From Thermoguttaceae bacterium (lineage in GTDB: Bacteria > Planctomycetota > Planctomycetia > Pirellulales > Thermoguttaceae), in the NCBI GenBank assembly GCA_017939795.1, contig JAGBAA010000102.1, positions 1-64,000 on the forward strand: a stretch of DNA of 64,000 nt, written 5' to 3'. Of the stretch, positions 36,571 through 46,241 are shown piece after piece. The position numbers and the translations under genes are program-made. Position 1 is the first letter of the stretch; every line of letters begins with the position of its first letter. The notes beneath the pieces are model-generated. The model searched no databases. It had not been told where the DNA came from and saw nothing but the letters and a program-made list of their open reading frames with translations.

Positions 36571-39500
36571 TTACGCTTGCGCGGAATTTTTGCGATTCCT
36601 TCGCAGGATGCCGAGTCCGAACGCGCCGAGAACGAGCAGGGTCCAAGTTGCCGGTTCCGGAACAGAACCGTGGTCAAAACGGAGGATACCGTCGCCGCCG
36701 GCCATCAGACCGCGGAGATCCCAGTAGTACGCATCGTTAAAGATCCCTTCAAAGTCGATACTCGCGAAGTTGAAGTCCATCGTTTGGCCTTCCGCCGTGT
36801 CGAAAAGCTCGAACTCGTACGTATCATTGAGTTCACCGCTGAGGACGATGAAAAGCTCGCCGTTCAGCTCCAGATCTTCCGTTGTGATGAGTCGGTCATG
36901 TTCGCCGGAAGTGAGGTCGATCTCCATGATGATCTTCCCGTCCTTGCCCTGCGTGTAGTTTCCGTCGATCGTCATGTCGGCAAACTCCGGCGTGTAAGTC
37001 ATCATCGCGGACTGATTCGCACTGAGATCGCGCAGGTCCGTGACGTTTCCTTCCGAGTCGGTCATCACCGCTTTGTTGACTCCTTGTCCGCCCCAGCCTT
37101 CATAGTAACGATAATCAAGATGGTGCCAGCCTTCGGTGAGCTGGATCGGAGTACTGACGCTGTCTTTTCCATAGGGTTGGTTGGACTGGACCGAACTCAT
37201 TTCCGCGACTTTCTGTCCGTCGACATATACGAATCCTCCGTCGTCTGCGTTGAAGGAGATGGTGTACGTATCGTCTTTGTCAACGTAGATCCATCCGTCG
37301 TACAGTACCGAGAAGTACTCTTCGTTCACGAGTCCGCTTCCGACCGCTCCGATCCCGGAGGCAACGGGGGTCGCGTTTTGGGCCTTTTCCCAGAATGCGT
37401 CGATCTGTTCATAGGTCGGCACAAAGTAACCGGTATTGACTCCTGTGAATCCAGGGAAACCGTCCGTCACGTTTGCCCATTTCTGGCGTGTCCAGGAGAG
37501 GCCCTTTTCGACGTTTCCGCCGACAACGAGCGTACCGCCGTTCTGCGTGAGGTCGCCCGAGACGGCTTCGGTGATGAGCGTACCGCCGTTAAACTTGAGG
37601 TTCTGGGCGTTCGTGATCGCGGGAGCGTCGAAAATGCCGTGTCCGCTGAGCGTCAGCGTTCCTTTGCCCGTGACGCCGATCTCGGCAGGGGTCGTGATCT
37701 TCAGCACACCGCCGGAAATGTCGACTGTACCGACCGCGTTCGCGTCGTTGTGTCCGACCCAGAAGTTGGTCGCCTGCATGAAACCGGCAGACTGCGTGTA
37801 GGTCCCCGTCCCGCGGTTTCCGACGGAGAAGTTCTGCACCGTAACGTTTCCGCCGGAGACGTTGACTTTTCCAGTGCTTCCCGCGCCGTCCGCGATCGAA
37901 AACCACCCCGCGGAGGAGAAGTTGCCGTTTTCTATGTTGAGAGTGCCGACAGAACCGGATTGTCCGCCGATATTCATGTTTCTCGTATTCGTGAAGGTCC
38001 CGCTGTGGAAATTGAGGGTTCCGCTCGTATTTTTATTATTTGCGATCAGGGTATCGCGGGCCGAGACCGTCGAGTTGGTGATGTCTACAGTCCCTTTACT
38101 GCTGGCTTGGTCCGCGATCGTGAAATAGTATTTGCTCGTAAACTTAGTGTTTGTCAGCGTCAGGGAGCCGGTACCATATCTTCCGATGTTGACGTTGCTG
38201 ACAGAGACAGTCGTGTTCGTGAAGTTACCGGTACCGACAGTCGCGGCTTTCGCGTTACCAAAATTCAGATCACCATTGACGGTAATGGAACCGCCGTTGG
38301 CGATGAACGTACCATTTCCGGAGGCTCCGTTGATCGTGTCGTCGCCGACGGTGATCTTCGTGGAGGTGATGCTTCCGCCATTCAGCGTATATGTACCCTT
38401 GGTGCAGTACCCGATCGGCATCCAGCCGGCCGTGACGGTACCGCCGTTCTGAATGACTTCGCCGGCTCCGTCGCCGTTTGCGCCGATACGGTTTCCGACA
38501 CAGAAGTAGTCCTTGGTGGTGTTCAGTGTTCCGCCGTTGATGACCAGTTTCCCAGACAGACCGGTATCGAATCCGCCGACGTCAAAGGCATTGTTGGTCG
38601 TGATCGTTCCGCTGTTGAGCGTCAGCGTCGGGATATTGCCTTTAGGACTGGACACAGTTCGGAGGCCGGTGAGCGTACCGCCGTCCACGATGACGTCGGT
38701 GGAGATATTTGTGAGATTCAGCGTACCGCCCTGGATCACGTTGATGGTCTGTGCGCCGGCTGCCGTAGCTGCATCTGCGTTCACGACTGCGGATCCTTCG
38801 GCGGTTCCCGTACCGACGGTGAGGGACTTTATGACCGGAGCGGCAGCCATGGTCATCGTGCCGCCCCGCACGAATGCGTAAGAATTCGCGGTCAGTGCGC
38901 TTGCAGCACCTGCTTCCGTCGTCCAATTTGAGTCGGTCCAGTTTCCGGTACCAGCGGACCAGATATAGCCGACGGCATTATCGCGCATCATGTTGGAGTA
39001 CGTTGCCATTTCGTTTGCCGTCAGCGCACGGTTGAAGACGCGGATCTCGCCAATATCGCCGGCATATCCGCCGTTACTCGCCATTCTTCCGATCAGCATC
39101 GGAGTGTAATTGTTACGCGGATTGTTCGTTACGGTCGCAGAATTGGAAAGTTCACCGTTGATCCAGGATCCAAGCGTCGTGCCGCTGACGGTCATTCCCG
39201 CGACGGCCTGCGTTCCGACGGCGACGGTGCCTTTGGAATCGAGCGTCACGTCGCTCGTCGCTTTACCGTACCCCGCGACAACGTGGCCTGATTCGTCGTA
39301 TCCGAAGCCCCAGTCGTAGGTGACTCCGCCCTGTTCCGCGCCGATAAATCCCGATTCGTCGTAGTATTTATTTCCTCCGTTGATGCCGGATCTGCTGGGG
39401 GTGAAGTCAACGAGGATCGTGAAATCATTCATCCCCGCGATCGGATTTCCCGCAACGCTGAAGTGGGCCCCTGGCGAGTTTTTTGCGTCTCCGGAACGCT

Positions 39501-39753
39501 CAAACGTGATGCCGTCACCGTTCGCGTTGAGGTATGGATAGACGCCATTGCCCGCGACACCCGTCGCGACAAGTCCGCCAACACGGTCCGTCCACGTCGC
39601 GGAAGATCCCTTGTTCGTGTTCGTGTAGTCCTCCGCGACCCACCACGCAGAGAGGCCGCCTGCCGTCTGTGCGGAAACGTTCTGCGAAACGGTATGCGAA
39701 AGCAGCGGAGCACTGAAGCAGGCAGCCAGTAAAATTGCGGTCGTCTTTTTCAT
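36571..39753 (-). CDS. PEP-CTERM-anchored LamG/PA14 beta-helix protein, tandem paralog of 33256-36321
   Basis: Start MKKTTAILLAACFSAPLLS at 39753 (AGGAAA RBS; the track ORF extends to 40083 through non-genic sequence). Same domain order as its neighbour; C-terminus SVPEPATWTLLVLGAFGLGILRRNRKNSAQA. Confidence 0.85.
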   Translation of the reverse strand: MKKTTAILLAACFSAPLLSHTVSQNVSAQTAGGLSAWWVAEDYTNTNKGSSATWTDRVGGLVATGVAGNGVYPYLNANGDGITFERSGDAKNSPGAHFSVAGNPIAGMNDFTILVDFTPSRSGINGGNKYYDESGFIGAEQGGVTYDWGFGYDESGHVVAGYGKATSDVTLDSKGTVAVGTQAVAGMTVSGTTLGSWINGELSNSATVTNNPRNNYTPMLIGRMASNGGYAGDIGEIRVFNRALTANEMATYSNMMRDNAVGYIWSAGTGNWTDSNWTTEAGAASALTANSYAFVRGGTMTMAAAPVIKSLTVGTGTAEGSAVVNADAATAAGAQTINVIQGGTLNLTNISTDVIVDGGTLTGLRTVSSPKGNIPTLTLNSGTITTNNAFDVGGFDTGLSGKLVINGGTLNTTKDYFCVGNRIGANGDGAGEVIQNGGTVTAGWMPIGYCTKGTYTLNGGSITSTKITVGDDTINGASGNGTFIANGGSITVNGDLNFGNAKAATVGTGNFTNTTVSVSNVNIGRYGTGSLTLTNTKFTSKYYFTIADQASSKGTVDITNSTVSARDTLIANNKNTSGTLNFHSGTFTNTRNMNIGGQSGSVGTLNIENGNFSSAGWFSIADGAGSTGKVNVSGGNVTVQNFSVGNRGTGTYTQSAGFMQATNFWVGHNDANAVGTVDISGGVLKITTPAEIGVTGKGTLTLSGHGIFDAPAITNAQNLKFNGGTLITEAVSGDLTQNGGTLVVGGNVEKGLSWTRQKWANVTDGFPGFTGVNTGYFVPTYEQIDAFWEKAQNATPVASGIGAVGSGLVNEEYFSVLYDGWIYVDKDDTYTISFNADDGGFVYVDGQKVAEMSSVQSNQPYGKDSVSTPIQLTEGWHHLDYRYYEGWGGQGVNKAVMTDSEGNVTDLRDLSANQSAMMTYTPEFADMTIDGNYTQGKDGKIIMEIDLTSGEHDRLITTEDLELNGELFIVLSGELNDTYEFELFDTAEGQTMDFNFASIDFEGIFNDAYYWDLRGLMAGGDGILRFDHGSVPEPATWTLLVLGAFGLGILRRNRKNSAQA

Positions 39754-40036
39754 TTTTTTTCCTAAATGGATCCTGTTTGGGGGCAATGAAATGGTACATA
39801 GACCAATCAAAAACTTAAATACAGAAAATAGTATACACGGAGACCGCAAAAAGTCTATCTTTTTTTGTAATTTTGTGTGTTTTTTTTGGAAAATTTTTTC
39901 AGAATGCTGTTGTTTTTTCGTTTGAGGAGGATTTTGTGGATTTTGGGGAGGGAAGAGAGCCTGCCTTTGGGACAAATCGTTTTCGGAAAGAGAAACAGAC
40001 TTCCGGAAGAGGAGCAACTTCCGGAAGTGCTGAAAT

Positions 40037-41284
40037 CTAACGTTTGGGCCGGATGGTGAGCGTTGGGCCGTCGAGTTCGGCATCGCATGATGCTTCCGCG
40101 GCCATCATGGAGAAAAGCTCCTCGAGCGTGGCTTTGTCTGCGGTGACTTCGACGTGTTTCGCTGGATCGATCCCCGCACTGCGGAGTGCGTCTTCGTCCG
40201 CCTCAAGCGTCAGACCATACTGGGAGCAGAGTGCCTTGACGTAAGGAATGAACGGCCCTTTCACTGTCCCGGAGACCGTTTCACCGGGTTTCAGACCGTA
40301 GGCGTGCGCGGAGTTCTGGGTATTGGGAATACGTTTCGCTGCCTGTCTGGATGCTGTTTGTTGAGACTCGGTACGTTCTTTCGTTTCGGCTTTGCGGGAT
40401 GCTCCGGAAACGGAACGTCCTGCGAGGGATTCGTGAACTTCCAGCGTTCCGCGAACGAGAATTTTGGCTCCTTTCTGCATGGTGCGCGTGCCGGGGATAT
40501 TTCGGACTGCTGCAAGCTGTTCCTCTGAAATCTCGGATGCGGCGTACGTGCGGGAAATAAGGATGGCTCTCGGATCGAGTGGAACTGTTTTCACGCCTTC
40601 CGAAGTGAATTCCAGCGTGAGGTCAAATTGAATGAGGATCAGCAGTGCGGCATCGAGTCCCGAAATGTGCATCGGAGGCCGTTCGGGCCAGAGATCGTGC
40701 GGGAGTTTGGAGAGATCCCGGATCTCGAACTTCATCGTTTTAGCGAGTTTTTCAAGGACTGCCTTTGGCTCCGTGAGATGATCCCATGCGACAGAACGCT
40801 CCGTCAGCCATTTTTTCTGGTCGGAAGACGGAAGGTTTTCGCGCAGCTCATGCCGTTTTTTGGCAAGAAGTGTCCGGAGCAGGATGGCCGTATTTTCCGG
40901 AGCGGTGAAGAGAAGGCCGTCTGTCAGCTGGGAAACACGGAAAGGAGAGGGACGGAGTGCTTCCTGAAGGATCTGCTCTGCCGATGCGTTTTGAAATGTC
41001 CCGGAAACCGGAAATGCCGGATCGATACGCCGATCGAGCCAGAGCGTTTGCCCGGACTGCTGCTCCAGTGCTGTGAGTGCTTCGCGGATGGGCGTTTCGT
41101 CCCAGAGCACCCCGGTTTTCCGAGCTGGTTCCGTATCGTTCTGGATGCTGGAAATGGAGACGGCACCTTTTCCGCCTTCGGGAGATGCCGCAGCAGTCCC
41201 TTCCTCTCCCGGAGGAAAGAGAGCCAAAGAAATACCGAGGAAGGCTCCGGGAGCCAAAACCATAAATCGCTGAACGAATTTCAT
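40037..41284 (-). CDS. Hypothetical secreted protein
   Basis: 415 aa, N-terminal signal peptide (MKFVQRFMVLAPGAFLGISLALFPP); no recognisable motif. Confidence 0.6.
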   Translation of the reverse strand: MKFVQRFMVLAPGAFLGISLALFPPGEEGTAAASPEGGKGAVSISSIQNDTEPARKTGVLWDETPIREALTALEQQSGQTLWLDRRIDPAFPVSGTFQNASAEQILQEALRPSPFRVSQLTDGLLFTAPENTAILLRTLLAKKRHELRENLPSSDQKKWLTERSVAWDHLTEPKAVLEKLAKTMKFEIRDLSKLPHDLWPERPPMHISGLDAALLILIQFDLTLEFTSEGVKTVPLDPRAILISRTYAASEISEEQLAAVRNIPGTRTMQKGAKILVRGTLEVHESLAGRSVSGASRKAETKERTESQQTASRQAAKRIPNTQNSAHAYGLKPGETVSGTVKGPFIPYVKALCSQYGLTLEADEDALRSAGIDPAKHVEVTADKATLEELFSMMAAEASCDAELDGPTLTIRPKR

Positions 41285-41615
41285 GTCGGGGAACTCCTGC
41301 TCTCAGCCGGACACTGCCAATAAAATGCACTTCATCCCGCCCATTCCCGCGAGATGTCCTTTGGGGCCGTTTGCTGCGTGAAAAAATGAGCGGATTTCTT
41401 TTTTGTTTTGGAACTTGATCCGCTTATTCTGTTTTTCGGTCAAAAAACCGGCAGGAATGAAGGATTTCTTTTGGAGAAATTTGCAGAACTTTGCGGATCC
41501 CTCTTGCACCGGATCGGAATTTTGTGTATGATGAGATAAATAAGCTGGTTTTCTCTCCGTTTGGGAGGAGATGAACCGGTCTGCAGTTTCCGTTTTTGTT
41601 TGAGTTTTTGTTTGA

Positions 41616-42464
41616 GTGTCCGTTTTGAACGCTGACCGTTCCTCCGTTTTCATGAAGCACGAGCCCGTTTCCATGCAGAAATTTTTGCGCCTTTGTTTCG
41701 GAACCGCATTCCGTTCCAGTGCGGATGTTCCGAAACGGACGGCTGAGCGGCGTGTGTCTGCGATTCCATCAGACGTTCCTGTGCTGAAAAAGGAGGAATG
41801 TTCGGCTGCTGGAAATTTTGAAGGCCGACGTCGTTTTCTCGCGCTGCTTTTCAGTGCGTCGGCCTCGTTCTTCTGCGGGACAGGATGCCAGTCAATGCGC
41901 CTGGATCGTGCGTCTTATTCGACCTTTGAAGGTTCAGGACCTGCCGGGGGAAATGCACAGAATCCCCTTGAAGTTCGCGGTGATCTGGAACCGTTCCAGG
42001 TCTGGGAGACCGTCGTAGATGTCGTGCGTCTCTATTTTGACCGGATCGTTTACGAATATCCGTGCCAGAAGCGCGGCGATATTATTCTGGAGGGACTTCT
42101 TGAAACGAAACCCCAGATCGGCTCGACCTGTTTTGAGCCCTGGCGCCGGGATTCCGTGACTGCGTCCGAACGCCAGTACGCGACGGTCCAAACGATCCGC
42201 CGAACTGCAAAAGTCAGAGTTCGGTTCGCGGATGGACACTATCTCATTCATGTGAGCGTTAAGAAAGAGCTGGAAGATCCTGCGCAGCCGCTTCATATGC
42301 GGCTTCCTTCCGCGACCTTTCGGCTCGATACCAAAATCGATGACCGCAAAGATCCCATTGGTGTTCAGGACAGCCATGAAGGCTGGATCCCCCAGAAACG
42401 CGACTATGCGCTGGAGCAGAGTATTCTGAATCAGATCCAGTTCCGGCTGAATCGGAAGAATTGA
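41616..42464 (+). CDS. Hypothetical protein (possible Tat/lipoprotein signal RRRFLALLFSASASFFCGTGC); start uncertain
   Basis: 282-aa ORF. A strong AAGGAGG lies at 41790, but no in-frame start codon follows it closely. Confidence 0.5.
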   Translation: MSVLNADRSSVFMKHEPVSMQKFLRLCFGTAFRSSADVPKRTAERRVSAIPSDVPVLKKEECSAAGNFEGRRRFLALLFSASASFFCGTGCQSMRLDRASYSTFEGSGPAGGNAQNPLEVRGDLEPFQVWETVVDVVRLYFDRIVYEYPCQKRGDIILEGLLETKPQIGSTCFEPWRRDSVTASERQYATVQTIRRTAKVRVRFADGHYLIHVSVKKELEDPAQPLHMRLPSATFRLDTKIDDRKDPIGVQDSHEGWIPQKRDYALEQSILNQIQFRLNRKN

Positions 42465-42578
42465 ACTTTCGAGACGGCCAGATGCTGGCGAAAATGGAAC
42501 TGAAGCCGGGATGAAGTTGAGCCGGGATATTCGGCAGATCGTAAATTTTGTTTTGGGGACTTTTTTCAGAGGATTTTT

Positions 42579-42989
42579 ATGGCGTACCAGGTTTCACGCG
42601 AGATCGAATTTTGCTATGGACACCGTTTGCCGAATCACGGCGGAAAATGCCGGTTTCTGCACGGACATAATGGGCGGGTCGAGATCCTGATCGAGGCTGA
42701 AAAACTGGATCCAGACGGTATGGTCCTGGATTTTGGCGAGATCCGTTCCGGGATCGAGAAGTGGATCGATGAGGAATTGGACCACCACACGCTGCTTTTT
42801 CAGGAGGATCCGCTCGTTCCGCTTCTGAAGGACGCCGGCCAGAAGGTCGTGGTGATGGATGCGATCCCTACGGCAGAAAATATCGCGAAGTTCATTTGCC
42901 TGAAAGGACGTGAAATGGGGCTCAATATCGTCCAGGTCCGCGTATGGGAAACGTCGAAAAATTCGGCAGTCTATTCTGCGGAATGCTGA
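42579..42989 (+). CDS. queD: 6-carboxy-5,6,7,8-tetrahydropterin synthase / 6-pyruvoyl-tetrahydropterin synthase family
   Basis: 136 aa with CYGHRLPNHGGKCRFLHGHN (Cx5HGH zinc/catalytic motif) and a conserved C-terminal Glu/His region. Confidence 0.8.
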   Translation: MAYQVSREIEFCYGHRLPNHGGKCRFLHGHNGRVEILIEAEKLDPDGMVLDFGEIRSGIEKWIDEELDHHTLLFQEDPLVPLLKDAGQKVVVMDAIPTAENIAKFICLKGREMGLNIVQVRVWETSKNSAVYSAEC

Positions 42990-43188
42990 AGAACGGCAGT
43001 CTGGGAAATATGTGGAAACTCAGTGTCCCGAAATGGAGAAAGCGGGTTCTTCTTTGTTTGAGGAAAACCCGCTTTTTCATGGACTTCCATTGGGAAAAGG
43101 CACGTCTGTTTGGATGCACAGACGGCCGTTTCTGTTTTGATGAACGTCTGGAATTCCGAAACGTTCTGTTTTGTCTGAATACTGCGGA

Positions 43189-45546
43189 TCAGTGAATGCT
43201 TGAATTACGTTCTGCTGCCGCGTTTAATCGGAGCTGACCAATGAAATAAGCCGGATACTTTTTGAATTCATTTCGGTTTTCTTCGGAATGGAAAACGTAG
43301 TTTCGATCCTGGTAGCGCAATCCGAATTTCCGGGAACCCGGCACGGCTTTTTTCTCATTCGCAAAGAGCACGATGTCGAGCCCGCTGAAAACCAGCGCGT
43401 AGTATTCCGGATCATTCTGGAATTTCTGCAGTTCCTCTTCCGTTTGGAAGAAGTAGGTTTTTCCTTCGTGTTGGAGAGTGAATTTTGAGTTTCCGCGTAC
43501 CCAGATGTTTCGTTCTACCAAAGCGACCGGGCAGTAGCCGTCGAGCATCACATTTTCGTTAACGTACATGGAAACCTTTGGAGGATCTTCTGTGGTCCTG
43601 GAATCATTCGCCGGAGGATCGGTGAGCGGATTTTTGTCCGTCGGAACATCATGAAGTCCATGGAGCTGAAGTTTCCCATTTTGATGCGCATTCTCCAAAG
43701 AAGCACCAGCCAGAGCTTCCTCTGCACTCATTTTGTGTGCTGAGACCGGAGCATATCCGCTTGAGGGTTTCCGCATTATGGGCATGAGTTCTTCTTCATC
43801 CTTTTGGGAGCTGTCCGCATCCAGCCGTTCCATTTCCAAAAGCTCAACAGATGGTGCGGATACGGCAGAAGACTTCCGGGGCGGAACATCGTCCGTCTGC
43901 TCCAGAGAAAACAGATCCAAATTGGGGGCACGTTCCGGAGATCGCGCCTGAATTTGCGTTTCACGCTGGCTGTTTAGGGGGAGTTCTTCGCTTTGAATGC
44001 CGGTACGCGATTGCCCGCGGAGCGAAAAGTCGTCTTCCTGCTCGTTTTCCAGGTCGGTATTCAGCGCAGGTGACGCAAGCATGATCGGATCTTCATCCAA
44101 AGCCGGACCTTGTTTTTCCGTGATGGGGGTCGCCTGAGTCGTCGAAATGTTCGTTTCTTGCGCCAGTGAAATGGGAAGATTTTCCTCGGTCGAAGCGAAC
44201 TGCGGGACGGCGTTTGCCGTTGGGGCAGGAGATGCCGCAGGTGCAGATACATCCTTCGTCTGTGCTTCTTCGGCAGAGATCCGAGCTGTTTCCTGCTTTA
44301 TTTTGCCCCAGTTTTCTTCCCATTCCGAGGTGAACGGGCGGATCATCGGGGGAATTCTGGTCTGAGCAATGACTTCGGACAGAAACGCACTGTATGAGGA
44401 CGCCGTCTGGAAACCTCTGAACCGTGCAAGTTCATTGCCTGCGGCGTCTAGGATCAAATCTGTCGGAAATGCCGTGACGTGAAATTCACTGCAGATATGC
44501 GGCTGCTTCTGTCCGTCGACCTTGACCATGACGAAATGCTTTCCGGCAAGTGTCTGGATCGCTTCCTGGGAGAAAACCTCCCGCTCCATTTTTTTGCATG
44601 GACCGCAGTAGGAAGTTGAGAAGTGGATCAGGAGGGGACGCTGAGTCTGAATGCATACATTTCGGGCCGCTTCCCAGTTCGTGAACCACCAGCAGTGCGG
44701 AAGGAGTGCATCATCCGATCCTGAAGACTCTGGGACGTTCTTCGATACTTTTTCCGCCATTGCCGTGTCGATCCGTCCTGTTTTATCTAAAGACGTTTTG
44801 ATCGCGGCACGTTCCGATTCGGTTTCGGACGTTTCAGAAATTGCGGGAGCTGAAAGCGCGGTTCGGGCGTCTGCGGTTTCTGAAGCGAGACGGGATCCCG
44901 CGGCAGACTCGGACTTCGGAGACGTTTTGGGAGCGTTGGCGATTCTTGACGTCTTCTTGCCTTTTGCGTTTTTCTTTTTGTTTTCTTTCTGATTTGGCGA
45001 TTCGGTATTCGAGGAGGCCGAGCTTGAGAGCTGGACCAGATCGGAGGCTGGAACGGAGGCCGTATTTCCCACTGCAGAAGACTCGCCCGTCACTGCGGGA
45101 ACTGCCGTCTGCATCGATTCAGATTCCGGCACTGCCAGCATTGAGTTCAGTTCTGGAATCGTCAATTCCAGTTCCGCATCCGTCAGTTTCTGTGTGGAAT
45201 GCAAGGCCGTTTCGGGGAGTATCGGCGTCTGCGGAACGGAAGACGTCAGATTTTCAGACGAAACGGACGAAATATTTGGGGAACCGGATGTCTGGGGATC
45301 TTTGGACGATCGCTGTGCATTCTGCGTTTTCGCGTCCTCCGGAATGTATCGGGACTGGTAGAGTCCGGGATCTGCGGAAGAATAGAATCTCGCATTTCTT
45401 TGAGCGATCCGGTCCCGAACGTTCCTGCGGCCGGAAAACCGTTCTGCATTCAGAGTGTCCTGCGGTATCAGAGTTCCAAGTAAAAGTGTGCCGAGGATCC
45501 CTGCACACAACGAGCGGCATCCCAGCCTGCGGATTTGATTTTTCAT
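43189..45546 (-). CDS. Secreted thioredoxin-fold protein (CGPC active site) with long S/T/P/A-rich linker and C-terminal duplicated ~45-aa module
   Basis: Signal peptide MKNQIRRLGCRSLCAGILGTLLLG. A ~250-aa low-complexity region. Thioredoxin-like core …FSTSYCGPCKKMEREVF…. C-terminal repeats (LDGYCPVALVERNIW…GKTYFFQTEEELQKFQNDPEYY / …RNYVFHSEENRNEFKKYPAYF). Confidence 0.7.
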   Translation of the reverse strand: MKNQIRRLGCRSLCAGILGTLLLGTLIPQDTLNAERFSGRRNVRDRIAQRNARFYSSADPGLYQSRYIPEDAKTQNAQRSSKDPQTSGSPNISSVSSENLTSSVPQTPILPETALHSTQKLTDAELELTIPELNSMLAVPESESMQTAVPAVTGESSAVGNTASVPASDLVQLSSSASSNTESPNQKENKKKNAKGKKTSRIANAPKTSPKSESAAGSRLASETADARTALSAPAISETSETESERAAIKTSLDKTGRIDTAMAEKVSKNVPESSGSDDALLPHCWWFTNWEAARNVCIQTQRPLLIHFSTSYCGPCKKMEREVFSQEAIQTLAGKHFVMVKVDGQKQPHICSEFHVTAFPTDLILDAAGNELARFRGFQTASSYSAFLSEVIAQTRIPPMIRPFTSEWEENWGKIKQETARISAEEAQTKDVSAPAASPAPTANAVPQFASTEENLPISLAQETNISTTQATPITEKQGPALDEDPIMLASPALNTDLENEQEDDFSLRGQSRTGIQSEELPLNSQRETQIQARSPERAPNLDLFSLEQTDDVPPRKSSAVSAPSVELLEMERLDADSSQKDEEELMPIMRKPSSGYAPVSAHKMSAEEALAGASLENAHQNGKLQLHGLHDVPTDKNPLTDPPANDSRTTEDPPKVSMYVNENVMLDGYCPVALVERNIWVRGNSKFTLQHEGKTYFFQTEEELQKFQNDPEYYALVFSGLDIVLFANEKKAVPGSRKFGLRYQDRNYVFHSEENRNEFKKYPAYFIGQLRLNAAAERNSSIH

Positions 45547-46241
45547 TTTTCCCCCTAAAAAAATCAACGATTCCCTGTCGAGCAAATCCCATGCAGCCCA
45601 CTTGAAACCAGTTTTTTGCTTTCAGGATCCCGCCTCACCCGGACATTGCCGTTTGGGCCTGACGGTCTCCGCATCTCCATTTTCCGGGAGGCTGTTTCGG
45701 CCTCTCCATTTTGGATCAGCTGCTTTCCATTTCCAGTCCCATTTTCCCCGGTCATGAATTTGGCGGGTCTGATCTTTTGTGCGGTACCAACGGAACGGCG
45801 CAGACGAGATTGCCCGAAATGGCTGGAAACTGGTGTTTTCGACAAGATTACGGTCCTCTTTTTATCGGAAAGTCTTTTTTCAAAATTTGGAAACTTTTTT
45901 TAATGAATGTCTGAAAGGATTGTGCCGGTTCTGAGTCAAAAAACGATTGATTCTGAAACATTTGGATTTCCGGCAGCGCAATTCATGGCGACTTGTGAGT
46001 TTTCGCTGACTTTGAGGTGAATTTAGGATTTTCCAGACAGTCCGTTTAGGGCGGTATGGCTGGATCCTGTCGTTTCGGCGGCTTTGCTGCTTGGAAAATG
46101 GATTTTGGTTCGCGTTCTTTCTGTACGCACCATCAGAATTTTATTTCATTCCGGGAATGTGCGGTTCATCGTATACCCATAAGGAAACCTTCGCCGGCCC
46201 AATGCAGAATGGAGGGGATCCCGCGCGTTTTCGGGAACATG

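Noticed and set aside
36460-38931. 823-aa + strand ORF
   Set aside because: Antisense to the second PA14/PEP-CTERM paralog; R/D/V/G-rich shadow composition.
39754-40083. N-terminal 110 codons of the track ORF 36571-40083 (MPNSTAQRSP…)
   Set aside because: This is read-through of intergenic sequence. The paralog-conserved start MKKTTAILLAAC with an AGGAAA RBS is at 39753.
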